From Bugula neritina (lineage: Eukaryota > Animalia > Bryozoa), in assembly GCA_964035545.1 (NCBI GenBank), contig OZ037771.1:1-64000 (forward strand): 64,000 bases of DNA, written 5' to 3'. This document shows, in pieces, positions 13,841 through 28,554 of the stretch (within the stretch, counting starts at the first letter, position 1; every line of letters starts with the position of its first letter). Position numbers and translations under genes: made by a program. The notes beneath the pieces were generated by a model. The model saw nothing but the letters and a program-made list of their open reading frames with translations, had not been told where the DNA came from and searched no databases.

Positions 13841-16800
13841 TTTAGGATATTCAAAAGCTCACACTTTCAAATTGTCTGCTCTGTCAGTAAGAATAGTTTG
13901 ATCAGTCTACTGTGACTCAGCAGCCTCCAGACTAGGGAAGTATTTTGTTCTCACTTGGTAACTATGTTTAGCTTGCTGGTAACAATCAGGTATATTTGCT
14001 AGCTTTATTATTTATCAGGTTATGGCTCTTTCAACAAATCATATTTTAACTTAATTAAGCATGATGACACTCTTCTACTTATTTGAGTAATGATTAATCT
14101 TCAACATTAAATATGATTGTTTTGTATTTTTCCATTTCCCATTTTTTTTGTTTTTTCTACTGCTGTTGTAATAAATGAGATTTATTTAGAATTTTATGTT
14201 TATTTCATTGTTTTTCATCATATGCAACACCACATAATTATAGACTACTTTATTATTACAGTAACTGGTGTGATGGTCACATGGTCAGCTACTAGACAAC
14301 CAACCAATTGGGTGTAAAGTTGGACAAATTCATTCTAGATTATTCTTGGCATGTGTCAGCTGTAAGAGCTATATGGAGGTAATACTTATTAAGTATAACA
14401 TGTCTCCTTGATGAAGCTATTTATCTATAGAATTGTTCACAAATTTGCATTTAATCATAATTCAACAAGTTATAAACAGTTTCAAACTTTTCATCAAGTT
14501 GTATTTTCAAGAATTACAAATAAAAGTTGCACTGAAGCTAAACCGATATAATAATTTACTTCTCTGTAAGTCGATATGACTTGAATGTTTTATGTGCCTT
14601 AACTTAACCTGATTATACATACATGTGGTTGGTGGTTGATGTTTACTTCTATGTCATAATTATATTATTTTACCCCAATCTGCTGAATATTCCAATTTTG
14701 ACTGACTAGCATTTGGGTGTTAGCTTGGGCTAATTTTGTCAAAGTCTCTCGTACTATGCATTATACAACATACTTATTTTCTATAGTGTATTCTCTAAAA
14801 AAAACATGTTTCATGCTTCAATTAAATTTTAATGTTTTACAGTCACTTTTATTGTGAATGTCTGCCTTGATGTTTTGACTTGTTGGTTTACCATGCAGGT
14901 TTTAGAGCTGTAAATTTATACTGTTTTATATTAAACTCATCAGGTTACTAGATTTCCTACTTATATCACACATCTGTATAATACGAGTAGAGAATTTTAA
15001 TGTTGGTTCAATTATTTAACCAGTTGGAAACTTTATATATAATATATACTCCTATACAGTGTTAGCATAGTGTTGAGGGTTTTCTGAATGCTTGGAATTT
15101 GCTAATAAATTTGTCAATTTGATAGAAAAAATTCTACATGTGATGTTTCTATTGCTTCCTTTTTTCTAGTGTATTTTGAACAAGTTTATTTACTATTTTT
15201 TGTGTTACAGAATGGGCAGAGGAACAGCAACCTGTACTCTTTTTCTCTCTGTGTTATTCTTCCCATCCCTGTAAGCCTCATCTTTATCTGTCCGTGGTAT
15301 GTTTTATTTTAAATCTTTATTTTCTAAAGTTACCTTATCCCAAATTCCTGCTATTTAAAATTGATGTCCATAAAAGTTATTTCATCAGGCATACAGTGAC
15401 AGTGCACACATATTATAGTAAACTTAATGCTATACAGATTGTCTAGTATTTCATGACCATGACCTGCCCCAACACATGTGAACAAGTATTTCAATGTTTA
15501 CCTGCAAACAGTAGTCAGAGTTGGGACTAAGCAAAGGCAAGCGAAACCCTGGCCTTTTGCTGTAGGTCCCTAACCTCATGCTGCTCTCTAGTTGCATTCA
15601 ATAACAGAAATTAGTGATTTAATGGAGTTTTCTTAGCTCACCTGTTTAATTACTTTATGCCTCTTTGTGTTGTGAATTTGTGTTTCTTTTCTTGATGGTT
15701 AATTTAGCATAGTGATTTCTTTTCCTGTTTATTTTGCCCTAAGCCTGATTGATAATGCTGCATAAAGAGGACAAATTTTTAAAAGTATTTGATTGCTACA
15801 TCTCTGTTTTCCTTTCATTATATTCTGAAACTTGAAGCCTCATAGAATCTTAGGCACCAAAATTAGTATTGCTCTTTTTGCTGCATACAGATTGCACTGA
15901 ATTGCTAACACCATTGGAAGTGAGTCATGGGATATAGCGCATGCCCCAATAATCACGTGATCAGTTACAGACGACTGAGCAATGATTGGTTACGGATGAC
16001 TGAGCACGTCTGCTGCACTGTCATTATTATAGTAAGTTGCTCTTCATAGTGAATGGTCGTGCAACTGAAATTGTTTGGTCCTCTTACCAAGGTAACCTTT
16101 ATTTAGCATGTCATTTATTAATTTTTTACCAACATTATCTTTATTTTACTGATTGTTGATCTGTATTTATTCATAGGCTTGGAATTCACATTGAATATTG
16201 TACTTAATTGATAGGCTGCTACCCATTTCTAGTCAATTTGATACTGCAGTCATTTGAGTAAATGCAACTGCAAGGCTTATAATTATAGTTATAATAAATT
16301 TCAATTTAGCTTTGCTTCAAATTGGCTTGACTTTGACGTAACTTTTACCCTGTTCTACTCTGGTCTGTTGAACTGAACTACAAAATCAATACTATAAAGA
16401 ATAATAGTATAATATTAATTGAAATCTAATATTTTAATTTTTTTCTCGCTATAATAACATTCAACTTATGCTGAATGATTTATTTTGTTTTACTTTATTT
16501 CAGTCACATACTCATCATGGTCATAATCATGGTTCGAAATTGAAAAGTTTAAGTGGAATAAATTCAGTTTAAACTGCTGTAACTATAAAAAACAAGTTAT
16601 ATTTCTTCTTCAAAGAAGTGTCTTTCCTGGTTCTGTAGACTATGTTGATTCTATCATGATACAATTTTCAATACTCTAGATTTTAGGACCTATGAGATGT
16701 CTCATATATATCTGTCATCATTTATTCAACAATTTTAAGTTATCGTATGTGTTTTATTTTTTAGAATCACTCCGAGCAGCTCAGATATTCACACATTAGA

Positions 16801-17645
16801 GAACATATGGTTTTCACCAGGAAGATAGGACCTAGCCAACTGTGGTCAGTTCTGAGAGCCCCATCTTGGTTATAATTAGGTATTTATTATTTACGATAAT
16901 TTTCTCTGTTTTTAATTTTACCAATTTTAAATGATGTTAGGTAAATCATTATCTTGTACTTCTTGTATTCTAATGTCCATAATTCATGTTTATCTGTTTC
17001 TGTTTGAAGTAGTAAAAATGTTATCTTTTATTCATAATTTTAGTCTTGTTAACTCCAAGTCCTGTGAATTTGTTCAAGTTAATCACTTGTAGTCTTTAGA
17101 CTAGAATCTCAGCTCGATAGCAAATTAAAATGAAATGTTTTATATATCAAGGTATTTTAGAAAATTTATTGTCTGTTTTGTAGTTGTGTTTAACCACATG
17201 CAGATAGAAGTCACCTTGCCATCAAGACCCGTTTTATATCCATGAGATGCTCACAAGCCGACATGTAGAAGTTGTCTTCTCTCTGTGTTTGATTCAACGA
17301 AACTTTTCATCAGTTCAGGTGTGTGTTTAAATGAATTGCTTACTGCAACATTACTAACTATTCCTTTCATTAAGTTAAAGTTGTCTGTCTAACCTTTACT
17401 ACCAACCCTTGGAATTAGTAAAACTTCCAGTGCTAGACAGTTAGGTAAACTCAGTTGACCTATATCTGCTCCTATTAGCTATGAAATCCACTGTTGATTA
17501 ACACTGCCGTAACACATAGCTGCTTTTCTGTCGTTTTATTTTGTTTTAAAAGTTGTAGCTGTTAATTTCATTCAAAAATTGCCAAACATGTTTCTAATAA
17601 AAGTTAAAACAGCCTATTGTAAAAGCTCTTGTCAGCCTCAGCCCT

Positions 17646-18459
17646 GAGATGATCGATATGAGAGTGGCAATTTTAGGGCCGTTGTCCACCATTATGCTAC
17701 TTATTGGTGGGAGGTGTGCCTCATATTTTTATATAATTACAGTAGATTGTTGCGTGATAATTTCACTGAGTTTTTTGTCCTTTTTTGCATGTTTTCCCTA
17801 AAGATTTATGATAAAAATTATAAATGAATTCAACAATTTTTATTCGATTATCAACAGAAACTTGATTTAATTGCAGTTTCAATGATGGACACGTTTTATT
17901 CTGTGCAGCTTACTGGCACTGAACACGGTTGTAATTCATGAGCTTAATTTATAGTGTTTTATATGTTTCAACTCAATAAACAAGTTTAAGAACTTTTAAA
18001 AAAATTCTAAAAACAAAAAAAATATTTAAAGCACTCAATGAATTATTTAATGATTGTTTTTATGGCTTCAAAGGTGTGAACTTAGTATTAGATAAAACTT
18101 TTTAAAATAGTTCAAATAATAATAATTTTTAAGAATTTAATTCAAATAAATTTCCTCATGCTATTTAAAACTAAATTGAATAACTTTGGGCTTTCTATTG
18201 TCAATATATTAAGCTACACGTGCATAATTATTAGTGAGTGAGTTTTAAACTTATTTTTAATTTTATATGCATAAAGAATGTGTTTAAAAACTATAGCAAT
18301 AAATAAAATTAAAAATGTACACATAAAATAGAAAAAATAATGAAATAAAAAAAGTGACAAAATTTTCCCTTTTTAACTTATATAAACTCGCAGCGCAGAA
18401 TTCTGCATAATGATGTCCCCATGATTCCCTAAAGTGGCCACTCTCATATAGATCACCTT
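17646..18459. mobile_element. Non-autonomous TIR DNA element (MITE-like, possibly Mutator-type)
   Basis: ~33-bp imperfect TIRs GAGATGATCGATATGAGAGTGGCAATTTTAGGG / CCCTAAAGTGGCCACTCTCATATAGATCACCTT. Degenerate ~10-bp TSD-like flanks (GCCTCAGCCCT / GCCCCACCCT). Empty site seen in paralogous copies near 24020 and 31250. Confidence 0.7.
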
Positions 18460-21458
18460 TGCCCCACCCTAGCTTCGTATAAAGATATCATTTACATATC
18501 TTTGCAACTTTATTTGCTTTAGCTATGTATGTAACCTTCCTGGCTCAAACCCAGTGTTGGTTTGTTTCACTTACAGGTTACTGATTGCTGCTTCATAATA
18601 TTCCTTCTGGATGGTTTGGTATTAGTTGGAGTTGTTTGATCTTTGCTTGACCTGAACTATTTTCAGACTGAGGTGAACTGCATACTACTCTATTTGCAGT
18701 GTGAGGTTAGCCGGTTATTACTTTCGCATGTCCAAGTTTTCAGTTTCAGTCATGCAGCTGGATGTTGCATTTTTGAATTATTAGCAAATCAGGGCTAACT
18801 GTGGCATGTACAGCGTAATTTTGTCAAAGTCTCTCGTAGTATGCATTATACAATATACTTATTTTCTATATTCTCTAAAACTGGTGTTTCATGCATCAAC
18901 TAAATTTTATTGTTTTAAAGCTACTTTTATTGTGAATTTCTGTCTTGATTCTTTGAATTGTTGGTTTGCGACGTGGGTTTTAGAGCTGCAAATTTATACT
19001 GTTTCACAAGACTCATTACATTACTAGATTTCCTATTTATATCACACATCTGTATTATATATGAGTAGAAAATTTCGATGTTGGTTCAATCATTTAACCA
19101 CTTAGAAACTTTAGATATAATATATACTTCTACAGAGTTAACATAGTGTTGACTGTTTTCTGAATGCTTGGAATTTACTAGTAAATTTGTCAATTTGATA
19201 AAAAAAATTCTACAGGTGATGTTTCTATTGCTTCCTTTTTTCTATTGTATTTTGAACAAGTTTATTTACTATTTTTTGTGTTACAGAATGGGCAGAGGAA
19301 CAGCAACCTGTACTCTTTTTCTCTGTGTGTTATTCTTCCCATCCCTGTAAGCCTCATCTTTATCTGTCCGTGGTATGTTTTATTTTAAATCTTTATTTTC
19401 TAAAGTTACCTTATCCCAAATTCCTGCTATTTAAAATTGATGTCCATAAAAGTTATTTCATCAGGCATACAGTGACGTTACACACATATTATAGTCAACT
19501 TAATGCTATACAGATTGTCTAGTATTTCATGACCATGACCTGCCCCAACACATGTGAACAAGTAGTTGAAAGTTTACCTGCAACCAGTAGTCAGAGTTGG
19601 GAGTAAGCAAATGCATGCACAGCCCTGACCTCTTTCTTTAGGTCCCTAACCTCATACTAATATCTAGTTGCATTCGATAAGAGAAATTAGTGATTTAATG
19701 GTGAATGGTTAGAAGGATGATGAAGCTCCATAAAAATTCCAAAAGTCAAATCACAAGTTGCAACACTTATTTTCAGCATTTACCTGAATAGCTTCTAGAA
19801 CAAGCAGTTTTTCTAGCTCACCTGTTCAATTTCTGCCAATTTCTGCCCTGTCATTACTAAGTTGCCCTTCAAACTGACTGGTCCAGCAACTGAAACTGTT
19901 TGGTCATCTTACCAAAGTAATCCTTTATTTAGCACGTCATTTAATAATTTTGTACCGTCTTTAGTAAACTGTTTGTTAATCTGTATTCATTCATAGGCTT
20001 AGAATTCAAATTGAATATTTTATTCAATTTATAAGCTGCCACTCATTTTTTGTCAATTTGATTCTGCAGTCATTTGAGTAAATACAACTGCAAGGCATAT
20101 AATGAATTTCAATATAGCTTAGCTTCCAATTAGCTTAATTTCAACACAACTTCTACCCTGTTCTTCTCTGGTCTGTTGAACTGAACTACAAAATCAATAC
20201 TGTGAATAATAGTATAATTGAAATCAAATGTTTTAATTTTTTTCACTACAGCCTTACCAGTATAATAAAGTTTAACTGTTGCCCAATGATTTAATTCGTT
20301 TGACTTTATTTCAGTTACATACTCATCATGGTCATAATCATGGATCGAAATTCAAAAGTTAAAGTGGAATATTCAGTTTAAGCTGCTTCAACTAAAACAA
20401 GTTGTGTTTCTGATTCAAAGAAGTTTCTCTCCTGGTTCTGTAGACTATGCTGATTTTATCATAATAAAAATTTATCACCATGTAAATTTCCAATACTCTA
20501 GATTTTACAGTCTGTAAGTTGTCTCATACATGTCTTGTCATCATTTATTTAACAACTTTAATTCATCGAATGTGTTTATTTTTTAGAATGTCTCCAAGCA
20601 GCTCAGATATTCACACATGATTAGAGAACATATGGTCTACACCAGGAAGATAGGACCTAGCCAACTGTGGTCAGTTCTGAGAGCCCCATCTTGGTTATAA
20701 TTAGGTATTTATTATTTATGATAATTTTGTATGTGTTTTCAATTTTACCAATTTTACAGGATATTAGGAATTAATTATCTTGTACTTTCTGTATTCTTTT
20801 TTATAACTGATGTCCATAATTTATGTTTATCTATTTCATCTTTAATAGTGAAAAAGTAATGTTTTATTTATTATTTTAGTCTTGTTAACTCGACATCTTG
20901 TGACTAGTATCCCAGCTCTGCAAACATTTACTATTAGCAAATTAAAATAAAATGTTTTATATATTAAGGTAGTTTATAATATTTATTGTCTGTTTTGTAG
21001 TTGTGTTTAACCACATGCAGATAGAAGTCACCTTGCTATCAAGACCCGTTTTATATCCATGAGATGCTCACAAGCCAACACGTAGAAGTTGTCTTCTCTC
21101 TGTGTTTCATTCATCAAAACTTTTCATCAGTTCAGGTGTGTGTTTAAATGAATTGCTTACTGCAACAATATTAACTCTTCCTTTCATTAAGTTAAAGTTG
21201 TCTAACCTTTACTACCAACCCTTGGAATTAGTAAAACTTCCAGTGCTAGGCAGTTAGGTAAACTCAGTTGACCTATATCTGCTCCTATTAGCTATGAAAT
21301 CCACTGTTGAATAACACTACCGTAACACATGGCTGTTTTTCTGTTGTTTTATTTTGTTTTAAAAGTTTTAGCTGTTAATTTCATTCAAAAATTGCCAAAC
21401 ATGTTTCTAATAAAAGTTAAAACAGCTCGTTGTAAAAGCTCTTGTCAGCCTCAGCCCT

Positions 21459-21857
21459 GAGATGATCGATATGAGAGTGGCGATTTTAGGGCGTTGTCCA
21501 CCATTATGCTACTTATCGGTAGGAGGTGTGCCTCATATTACTATATGTTTACAGAGGGTAGTTTCGGATGATTTCACCCAGTTTTTTGCCCTTTGTTACA
21601 TGTTTTCACTAAAGATTTATAATAAAAATTATAAATAAATTGTTTAATTGAACAAATTTTATTTGATTATCAACATAAACTTGATTTAATTACAGTTTCA
21701 ATGATGGACACTTTTTATTCTGTGCATCTCACTGGCACTGAACATGGTTGTAATTCATGAGCTTAATTTATAGTGTTTTATATGCTTTAGCTCAATGAAC
21801 AAGTTTAAGAACTTTTAAAAAATTTCCAAAAACAAAAACAAATATTTAAAGCACTTA
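21459..21857. mobile_element. Truncated second copy of the 17646 TIR element
   Basis: Same left TIR and same left flank as the 17646 copy. Homology stops at ~21857. Confidence 0.7.
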
Positions 21858-24800
21858 ATTGAGGAAATGCAGCTGCAAGGCTTATATAATAAATCTCAAT
21901 TTAGCTTGGCTTTAAATGGGCTTGATTTCAAGGTAACCTCTACCCTGTTCTCCTCTGGTTTGTTGAACTAAACCACAAAATCAATACTAAGAATAATAAT
22001 GTTAGTAATACTACAAATAGTGAGCTATACATTTTAGCACCCTAGCTGTTATACTGCTTTTAGTTTGATGTAAGGTTTTCTAGCAGTGAGTCAGTGCTCA
22101 TTTTTTTAGTTTATTGAAAGTTTATCCTTTGGGATAATTTTTTGTCTAAGCATAATATTGGTGCTGCTGTACCACTAATTATATAATATGCCAAGCCATT
22201 TTTGCTTGTATCATATTTTATTTTTATTTCAGTGTTTACAGTTTTTTTTCCATTTTTGTTCTATAAATTTTTCATTTTACAGTAGACCTGTCTTCAGCTT
22301 GATTTTATCCGCTTGCCTTAATTAATTGTTATCCACACTGAAGGGATGGTTAATTTATATATTAATATAATGCCGTTTTAATATTTACGGTATTTTGTTG
22401 TGATATATGATCATTAGACATCATTTTTGTGATTCTATATCAAGCCCTCTGCAGGAGTATTAAACTTCGCACAAATATTTACAGTAACATTTTACAATGA
22501 CCTTTCTGTAATAGTGCGGCTGTTGCTTTGCTCACCGCATGTACAAGCTTATGATTTTAATTCATTGATTTGATACTCTGTACTGTATGGCTCATAATTG
22601 AAATCAAATTTTCTTTTCAAAATAGCCATAACTGTGCAATAAATTTTAACTCCTATACCCAATAATTCAATTTGTTTGACTTTATTTCAGTTACATACTC
22701 ATATTATAGTCATAATCATTCCTTGAAATTAAAAAGTGGAATATTCAGTTTACGTTGTTTCAACTGAAAAAGTTTTTGATTCAAAGAAGTGTCTTTCCTG
22801 GTTCTGTAGACTAAGTTGATTTTATCATGATACAAATTTCCCATTCTCTAGATTTCACAGTCTATAATTTGTCTCACACATGTCTGTCATCATTTATTCA
22901 ACAATTTTAATTCATCGAATGTGTTTTGTTTTTTAGAATGTCTCCAAGCAGCTCAGATATTCACACATTAGAGAACATATGGTCTACACCAGGAAGATGT
23001 GACCTAGTCAACTGTGGTCAGTTCTGTGAGCCCCATTTTGGTTATAATTAGGTATTTATTATTTATGATAATTAGCTCTGTGGTTTCAATTTTACTAGTT
23101 TTACACGATGTATTGGAAGAATTATCTTGTGCTTCTTGTATTCTTCTTGATAACTGATGTCCATAATTCATATATATCTATTTCTGTTTGAAGTGGTAGT
23201 AACAATGTTGTGGTTTATTTATTATTTTAGTCTTGTTAACTCCAAGTCTTGTGAATTTGTTCAAGTTAACTACTTGTAGTCAGTAGACTATAGTATCTCA
23301 GCTCTGCAAACATTTACTGTATTAGCAAATTAAAATAAAATGTTTTATATATTAAGGTAGTTTAGAATATTTATTGTCTGTTTTGTAGTTGTGTTTAACC
23401 ACATGCAGATAAAAGTTCCCTTGCTATCAAGACTGGTTTTAAATCCATGAGATGCCATGTAGAAGTTGTCTTCTCTCTGTGTTTGATTCAACAAAAGTTA
23501 TCATCGGTTCAGGTTTGTGTCTAAATGAATTGTTTATTGTAACAATATTTGCTCTTTCCTTGTGTTATGTGCTATTAGGTTTTAGCATTCATAAAGCTAC
23601 TACCAGGGGATAGCTACTCTCATAAATGATGTTAGGTTCAGCTTTTTCTACCTTCCCTTGGACAAAGTATGATTTAGGATAAGCATAACAAGCGTTACTA
23701 CTCAAACACTGAAGCATGTGCTTTTGATAAAAGTTGCAATATAATTGTGTAAGGTGTAGAATATATAACTTTGGGAAGTTGTGCACATAGAATTGTACTA
23801 TAGAGTGGTGATTAAAATGAAACTGTACTGTTCGGCACATAAAATACTGATACTATATGTCCTGTTAGCTATGAAGTCCACTGTTGATTAATTCTACCGT
23901 AACACTTGGCTGTTTTTCTGTCGTTATATTTAGCTTTAAAAGTTTTAGCTGTTTATTTCATTCAAGAATTGCCATATGTGTTTCTAATGAAAGTTAAAAC
24001 AGCCTATTGTAATAGCTCTTGCCAACCTTACCCTAGCTCCATACAAAACTTGACTGAAGAGATGAAAAATCAGCACATGATTGAGAATTTTATTTTAGGA
24101 TTTTACTTTCATGTTAATACAATCATTGTATTCATTGAAAACCATCAATAAGTAATTCATTTGATTTTGGAGCTTGTAAATACTACCAAACCTCATTCCA
24201 TCTAAATGAGCACTCTTCAATCATATAATTTGTTGTTCTGTCAATTTATTGCTGAATGTGTGAAAACCTCGTATTAAAGAATATAAGTTTACATAGTGCT
24301 ATGCTTGCTTGTGGTAAGAAAACGAAGTCAGGCTTTCATTTTAGAATTTTGGTTATGGCTTTTTCAACAAATCATTTTTTAAAATTAATTAAGTGTGACA
24401 CTCTTCTGTACACCTATACATCAATAAAAAATGTGAATTCCCCCCCCCCCTCCCCTGTTGTTCTCCATTTTTACTTTTGTTGCTTTCTTCAATAATGTTT
24501 TATAAAATAAGTTATATTTAGTATTTTATTTCATTGTTTTTCATGATATGCAACACCACATAATTATAGACTGCTTTCTTCTTGCAGTAACTGCTGTGAT
24601 GGTCACATGGTCATCTACTAGACAACCAACCAATTGGGTATAAAGTTGGACAAAGTCATTCTAGATTATTCTTCACATGGGTCAGCTGGATGAGCTATAT
24701 GGAGGTAATTCCTGTTGTTTTTAATATATAGAGATATTTATTGTAGCAGTCTAAAAGAAAGTAGCAATGTAAAAGCCTTTACATCATAAGTTGTAAGCGT

Positions 24801-26992
24801 AGTTGCAAGACGCAAGCTTAAAGATAGATGAGAATACTGGGTTGTTATACCAGTCAAAAAAGTCAGCTATTGTTTAGTAGCTGTAATGAGTGTCGGAAAA
24901 TCGTAATATAGCTTGCATAGCTGTAATAATACATGAAAAGCTATAATGCATTAGGGAAAAGCTTTCCCAACTTATGTAAAGTCCCAACAATTCCTATTAA
25001 GTATAACATGAATCCTTGATTAAACTACTTATAGAATTATTCGGAAATTTTTAATTAATCACAACTTTACCAGTAAACAGTTTCAAACTTTTCATCGAGT
25101 TATATTTTCAAGAATTACAAATAAAATTTGACTAAAGTTGAACTGATATACTATTTTGCTTCTCTATAAGTTGGTATGGCCTGGATGTTTTATGCGGTTT
25201 ATCTTAACCTGATTATACATACCCTCGGTGGTTGATGTCTACTTTTATACCCTAATTATATTATTTTACCCCAATCAGCTGAATATTCCAATTTTAAATT
25301 ACTAGCGAATGGGTTTTACCAGTAGCAGCCAAATTCTGCCAAAGTCTCACATTTAAACTATATGCCTCTGGTACTATGCATTATATACAATGTTCTTATT
25401 CTCTATAGTCTCTAAAACTGGTTATTGATGCTTCAACTAAATTTTGTTGTTTTTAAAGTCACTTTTGTTGTGGATGTTTGTCTTGATAGTTGTTAGTGTG
25501 CCATGCAGGATTTAGAGCTGTAAATACTGCTTCACTTTTCATATAATGTATATTGTTGTATCCTATATTATCATGATGCCGGTTATAAAAAATTTTCACA
25601 GTCTGTCAAAAGGGGGAAATTAATAGTAAATATTCATGAAAGGGGGAATATTAGGGAAAGGTTGGTAACTCCTGTGTTATATATTTCTACTGCACTATAA
25701 GGGAGAAAATATGTTGTCCACGTTATCTATTCTGCATAACCTGTTCGCTGTTGACATTTGGGCATACGTGGTTTTACAGGTACACTGTAAGGCATACAAA
25801 TTGTTTGGGCATTACATGAGCATGGAAAGCTTTTGTTGAATCATTACAGCTTTAATTGTATTAACATAGCTATGTTAGCTACATTATGCTATGTTAGCTA
25901 CAGTATGTTTTCCTCTGTTGTGTTATTTGCTTGTGTGCAGCTATTTTGGCTATTTCAGAAAAAAGCTATTTTCTAGACTGATATAAACCCTGCACTTTCA
26001 GCTCCCTCTTCATTCAGTCTTTGGAAAGGCACATCTCTCTTCAAGCAACAGGAATTATCTTGAGAGTTGGTTGTTTAAGAAATGCTCATCTTTCATCTAA
26101 AGGTTTTACAGCACCAAAAGGTTACAGTACTGGCACGACTATATGTGGGATAATATATAAGGTAAGTTTCATTTTTCATTTGTTGATGCACATAATTTAT
26201 TTGTTGAAAAATAGTTAATAAATTCAGTTTGAGACAAAGTTGTTTGTGGATTAGGTGTTATTGCTATTATTGTTCAACAATTGTTATGGCCATAATAAAA
26301 ATAGGAAATGTTAGTTGCGAAGTATTGAGTTTACACAAACTTATATCTCTAAACTGTGTTTTAGGATGGAGTTATCCTGGGCATGGATACCAGGGCTACA
26401 GAAGATACTGTTAATAAGCTGGCATGCTGTCTTTAGTCTCTACTTCTTCGAGTGGACCCTACAGGCCCCAAACCCTCCACCATATGCCCTCATGGATCCT
26501 CTGACGTCGCACAATGCAGCACCGTGGGTTCCTGCTCCCTAATTGCTATGGCTGTCTTTGAGAACTGATAGAAACTGAACATGTAGGTACCCGAAATTTG
26601 ATATGTAGCATGTAGAAATCATTCTAGTAACTTTGTTTTGCTGTTCACTTCTCTTTGTTATATTTCTTGTTGTCCTGTTTGCTTTCCTCTTATAGCAGTT
26701 ACCTTTTCTCTTTCCGAACATAGTTTTTGTTCTCCAGTTTGCTTTCCTCTCTATAAAGTCTTGAAACTTTTGTAGTTTGAGCCAGTGAAGAAGCTGCTGT
26801 CGGAATATTTAATGACCTGGGCCCGGGTTCCCACATTGACCTCTGCGTTACACAAAGATTAAACAAACTGAATACAGGAGAGGTTAGTGCAGTGTTTACC
26901 AACCTTTTCCATTCTGTTCCCCTTTCTTAATGCACTTCTCTGTTCACTTTACATGTCAAGGCAATTTTTTTCCTTTTTTTTATATATATATG

Positions 26993-27407
26993 AAGACTAA
27001 GACTAAGACTAAGACTAAGACTAAGACTAAGACTAAGACTAAGACTAAGACTAAGACTAAGACTAAGACTAAGACTAAGACTAAGACTAAGACTAAGACT
27101 AAGACTAAGACTAAGACTAAGACTAAGACTAAGACTAAGACTAAGACTAAGACTAAGACTAAGACTAAGACTAAGACTAAGACTAAGACTAAGACTAAGA
27201 CTAAGACTAAGACTAAGACTAAGACTAAGACTAAGACTAAGACTAAGACTAAGACTAAGACTAAGACTAAGACTAAGACTAAGACTAAGACTAAGACTAA
27301 GACTAAGACTAAGACTAAGACTAAGACTAAGACTAAGACTAAGACTAAGACTAAGACTAAGACTAAGACTAAGACTAAGACTAAGACTAAGACTAAGACT
27401 AAGACTA
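26993..27407. repeat. (GACTAA)n microsatellite, ~69 copies
   Basis: Perfect hexamer array. It accounts for the KT/SL/LV ORFs in the ORF track. Confidence 0.98.
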
Positions 27408-28554
27408 TTTTGATTTTTCTTTGCAGACAAGAAGACTGTATCCAAAAAAGAGACATCACTGACAATGGCACCTACCACCATAGAATTTATTGTTACATTT
27501 GTAATCAAGTCAAATAAAATGCATGTAAAAACACCATAAAAGTTCTTGTAATGATACACTAGAATCACAAAAAAATGTTTATTATTGGATAATTTGCATA
27601 CTAGAAATGAATATATCAAAAAACCTGGTGATATCAGTATAGTATTCAGTTTATTGTTGCACAAAAACAGTTAAATTAGTGGTACATAACAATGTAAAAG
27701 AAGAATTGTGAGCTCATGTCAACATATCTCCTGAGACATAAGGCACCTGTGAACACATGTCAGACTTAGCAGTCATGGTACAAGGCACCTGCTTTATCAC
27801 CTTGCAGCTAGGCTCAACGGCTTAATATATTTGTGCTTCACTCCAGCAAATCAAATCTGATTGGCTGACAAATGAAAAGCATCTGCTGAGTTGACACTGC
27901 AGCAGGCAGGGTATCTTGAGGAATAGATTGATATTGGCCAGCGCTTCTTCAAACAGAATAATATATTAAATTATGACAGTCTCCACCAGCTCAGTTGGTG
28001 GGCGTTCCTGCAACAGTAGTTTAAATTTTCATTCTCATGACTATAAGTAGAGTCTGAAGCTTATTTGCCACTGAATTTCATCTTTATTTCTAGGGGACCA
28101 ACCTTTACTAACAGTGAATCCTATTAAACAATGTCAACTATGTAATACATTCATGACCAACTGACAGCAATAAAAAACATAAATACAAGAAATATCTATA
28201 AACTACTAAAAGAACAAAATAGCTACCTTGTGGGTCACTCCTTATGTGTCTATGCCTTATAATAGAATACTGATTACTAATTGTATTTGTCATCTGCTTG
28301 CTATAAATAGCTTAAAATAAAGGCTATTCTCTAATGGCTTAATAGCTAACTATTGTAGCCTGCTATATAGCCGAGTCATTCTAGCTTTGCAATTGAATTA
28401 GCAATAACTACCAGTGGTGGAATGGCCTGTTCTAGTTCAAGAAAAAAAATTATAAGTAGGTGTATCATTGTCTCACCACTTCTAGCACAGGTGAAGGGGT
28501 AGAGACGACAGCTGTAGTCCTCACTGGTGTGTTCCCTCTGTCTCAAACTGACAC

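Larger units (their letters stand above)
12372..26410 (+). ncRNA. Putative multi-exon spliced lncRNA(s), left arm of subtelomeric duplication
   Basis: Modules with polypyrimidine-AG and GT ends: 12372-12414, 13846-13957, 14262-14378, 15211-15296, 16765-16879, 17184-17318, 26018-26161, plus an acceptor at ~26364. Splice ends are kept in paralogous copies (e.g. ~20587, ~22937, ~24588). The modules translated have stops in all three frames. Confidence 0.45.
14130..26410 (+). repeat. Tandem segmental duplications (left arm)
   Basis: Approximate blocks: 14130-15010 ~ 24460-25540; 14725-15620 ~ 18815-19700; 16030-17645 ~ 19850-21458 ~ 22600-24030. Confidence 0.9.

Noticed and set aside
16765-16879. 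Subtelomeric module as a coding exon (NHSEQLRYSH..., 3-nt indel in copy 2)
   Set aside because: The frame ends in TAA inside the module, copy 3 has internal TGA stops, and neighbouring modules have stops in all frames.
25655-26910. hAT-like terminal motifs (AAAGGTTGGTAACTCCTG at ~25657; CAGTGTTTACCAACCTTTT at 26890)
   Set aside because: They face outward rather than enclosing an element, with no TSD or transposase; isolated relics at most.
26927-27664. Long ORFs (SL-, KT- and LV-repeat proteins)
   Set aside because: Translations of the (GACTAA)n microsatellite.
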